From a virus (taxonomy: Duplodnaviria; Caudoviricetes), in the IMG/VR virus record IMGVR_UViG_3300025513_000009, positions 1-55,742 of that record: a stretch of 55,742 nucleotides of DNA, one strand, 5' to 3'. Made by a program: the position numbers and the translations under genes. Position 1 is the first letter of the stretch. Every line of letters begins with the position of its first letter. Of the stretch, positions 54,270-55,742 are shown one piece after another. Under the pieces are notes generated by a model. The model saw only the letters and a list, made by a program, of their open reading frames with translations, did no database searches and was not told where the DNA came from.

Positions 54270-55742
54270 TTATTCTCCTACCTTATGATTGCAGACGCCA
54301 CGAGACCCAACACTGTTAGCAGAATGAGTAGGAGCATTATGCCATCCAGAACCACGTGACCCAGAGAGAGAAGCATTAAACCAAGGACCACCGAGAAACA
54401 CGGCGTTAGAAAGACTGTGAGTCGAACCACGACCTTCAGTATTAGCAGTCCAAGCCGAAGAACCATTTGGTCCACCAAAATGATTACCCCAAGTATTTAT
54501 ACAGCCAGTAGATTGGATAACACCCCATTTAGAAGTAAAGTTATCGTCTGTTGCACTCATTTGTGTTGTAGTTGGGTCACTTCCTCTTGAACTTGCTTCT
54601 GTAGTTCCATAAGCTAATGCAGAAAATTCTTGATAAGTAGGTGGTCTTTTCCCATGAGAAGATAATAGTTCAGCTTGTTCCCACCAAGTATAAGAACCAT
54701 AAGTTGTTGAACCATTACCACCAAATAAACTTGGTACTTTAGGTGGTGAACTTCCATCTGCTATTGTAACATTATAATAAGATGTTCCATTAGTATGATG
54801 GTCAACTCCTGTTAAATAAATATCTGACCAAAAATGTCCACCAACTAAAGTCATACCTCTTGGGTCTGGACAATTAGGTTTCCATTTTAAATCCCATAAT
54901 GAATATTCGTTAATTGATGCAGTAGTATCTCCACCTGATGTTCCTGTTGCGTTTCCACCAGGAGCATAATGAAATCCACCTACTTTTCTAGCATTTGCTG
55001 ATGGTGGACTAACATGGTCTGTAGTTGCTTCTAAAGCACCAGCAGTTGTACACCAAATAGCATAATCTGTTCCAGCTGTAGCTGATGGCATAGTAATAGA
55101 AGTTGCTGAAGCTATAGTTTTAACATCACCATTAACTTCAATGTATAATCCTGTGTTAGTCTCCATTGTGAAAGCACCTGTTTTATCCCAAGCAACAACT
55201 GTTGGGTCAATTTTAGAAAATAATCCATATGCTATACTTCCAGAAGAAGCATCACCCCAAGAAATATCAGTACCATCTGTTGTTAAAAATTGACCAACAG
55301 TACCAGTTGTTAAAATTGATGTAACAGCACTAGCATTTCCATAAAGAATACTTCCTCTACTTAATGCGTCTAATTTATTTAATTCTGTTGCAGTAGAAGT
55401 TACTCCGTCAAGAATATTTAATTCAGCAGTAGTTGATGTAACACCATCTAATTTATTTAATTCTGTTGCAGTAGAAGTTACTACTACATCTTCATTTATT
55501 TTTGGTGAAGTTAAAGTTTTGTTTGTAAGCGTTTCTACTCCAGCTAAAGTTGCAAAACCACTTGTACTTACAGCTACGTTTTCCCATGCACTACCACTAT
55601 AAATACGCATAATAGTTGAAGTAGTATTATAATAAAGCATACCAGCAGCTAAAGCATCACCATCATTATCTGTAGTTGGATCAGAAGATTTAGAACCTAA
55701 ATAAACATCATCAAAAGCATCAGCAGATGCTGCGGCTTCATT
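54270..55742 (-). CDS. mtd: Tail fibre with C-terminal major tropism determinant (Mtd)-like C-type-lectin domain, copy 2 (5' end off the right edge)
   Basis: Frame is open to 55742. The C-terminal part parallels BPP-1 Mtd (GGFHYAPGGNA, SLWDL, DPRGMTLV, FW.DIYL, GTS.YNVTIADG, HGKR.P.Y.EF, FTSKWGV.Q..G, GG.W....SGSR, G.RGVC.H). Confidence 0.9.
   Translation of the reverse strand, partial: NEAAASADAFDDVYLGSKSSDPTTDNDGDALAAGMLYYNTTSTIMRIYSGSAWENVAVSTSGFATLAGVETLTNKTLTSPKINEDVVVTSTATELNKLDGVTSTTAELNILDGVTSTATELNKLDALSRGSILYGNASAVTSILTTGTVGQFLTTDGTDISWGDASSGSIAYGLFSKIDPTVVAWDKTGAFTMETNTGLYIEVNGDVKTIASATSITMPSATAGTDYAIWCTTAGALEATTDHVSPPSANARKVGGFHYAPGGNATGTSGGDTTASINEYSLWDLKWKPNCPDPRGMTLVGGHFWSDIYLTGVDHHTNGTSYYNVTIADGSSPPKVPSLFGGNGSTTYGSYTWWEQAELLSSHGKRPPTYQEFSALAYGTTEASSRGSDPTTTQMSATDDNFTSKWGVIQSTGCINTWGNHFGGPNGSSAWTANTEGRGSTHSLSNAVFLGGPWFNASLSGSRGSGWHNAPTHSANSVGSRGVCNHKVGE
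54285..54465 (-). other. DGR variable-repeat (VR)-like segment
   Basis: Abrupt scarcity of A-ending codons and use of CGT/CTC/GTC; ends in GGGTCTCGTGGCGTCTGC, like the BPP-1 G/C-IMH junction. Confidence 0.6.
55031..55229. repeat. Dispersed repeat copy B (matches 1-199)
   Basis: 127 bp identical, then near-identical to the window start. Confidence 0.95.
55369..55482 (-). repeat. 39-bp/13-aa tandem repeat in the fibre shaft
   Basis: STATELNKLDGVT-STTAELNILDGVT-STATELNKLD; a 36-bp exact copy at 55369 and 55447. Confidence 0.85.

Noticed and set aside
1-55742. Prophage or temperate lifestyle
   Set aside because: No integrase, CI-like repressor, partition genes or flanking host genes were seen.

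Overview
This window is a near-complete genome of an AT-rich tailed dsDNA phage with a podovirus-type gene set, most likely lytic. Its regulatory motifs suggest an alphaproteobacterial, probably marine, host. The minus-strand virion module runs from 15.9 kb down to 1 (terminases, portal, GroES, scaffold, major capsid, adaptors, tail proteins). It resumes from the right edge down to 35 kb (tail fibres, nozzle, ejection proteins, basic proteins, holin, lysozyme). The plus strand (16-35 kb) holds the early genes (amidoligase, class II glutamine amidotransferase, GGCT), a likely origin, recombination genes, a split family A DNA polymerase with a degenerate UDG domain, a helicase and a class Ia RNR. 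No integrase, RNA polymerase, reverse transcriptase, tRNA or CRISPR array was seen. Five signals stand out. (1) Nine copies of a 16-bp TGCGACA-N3-TGSC box, matching the RegA/PrrA consensus, mostly abut the -35 of early promoters, and an alpha-type LexA box lies among them. (2) An unexplained GC-rich word, GGGGCAC/GTGCCCC, occurs about 25 times genome-wide. (3) Two BPP-1 Mtd-like receptor-binding genes carry different N-termini. One has a DGR variable-repeat codon signature, but no TR or RT is present in the window. (4) A promoter-to-terminator structured small RNA candidate follows nrdB. (5) A three-gene exported cassette with an acidic, Met-rich protein sits inside the head operon. All family assignments come from motif recognition, not database searches.
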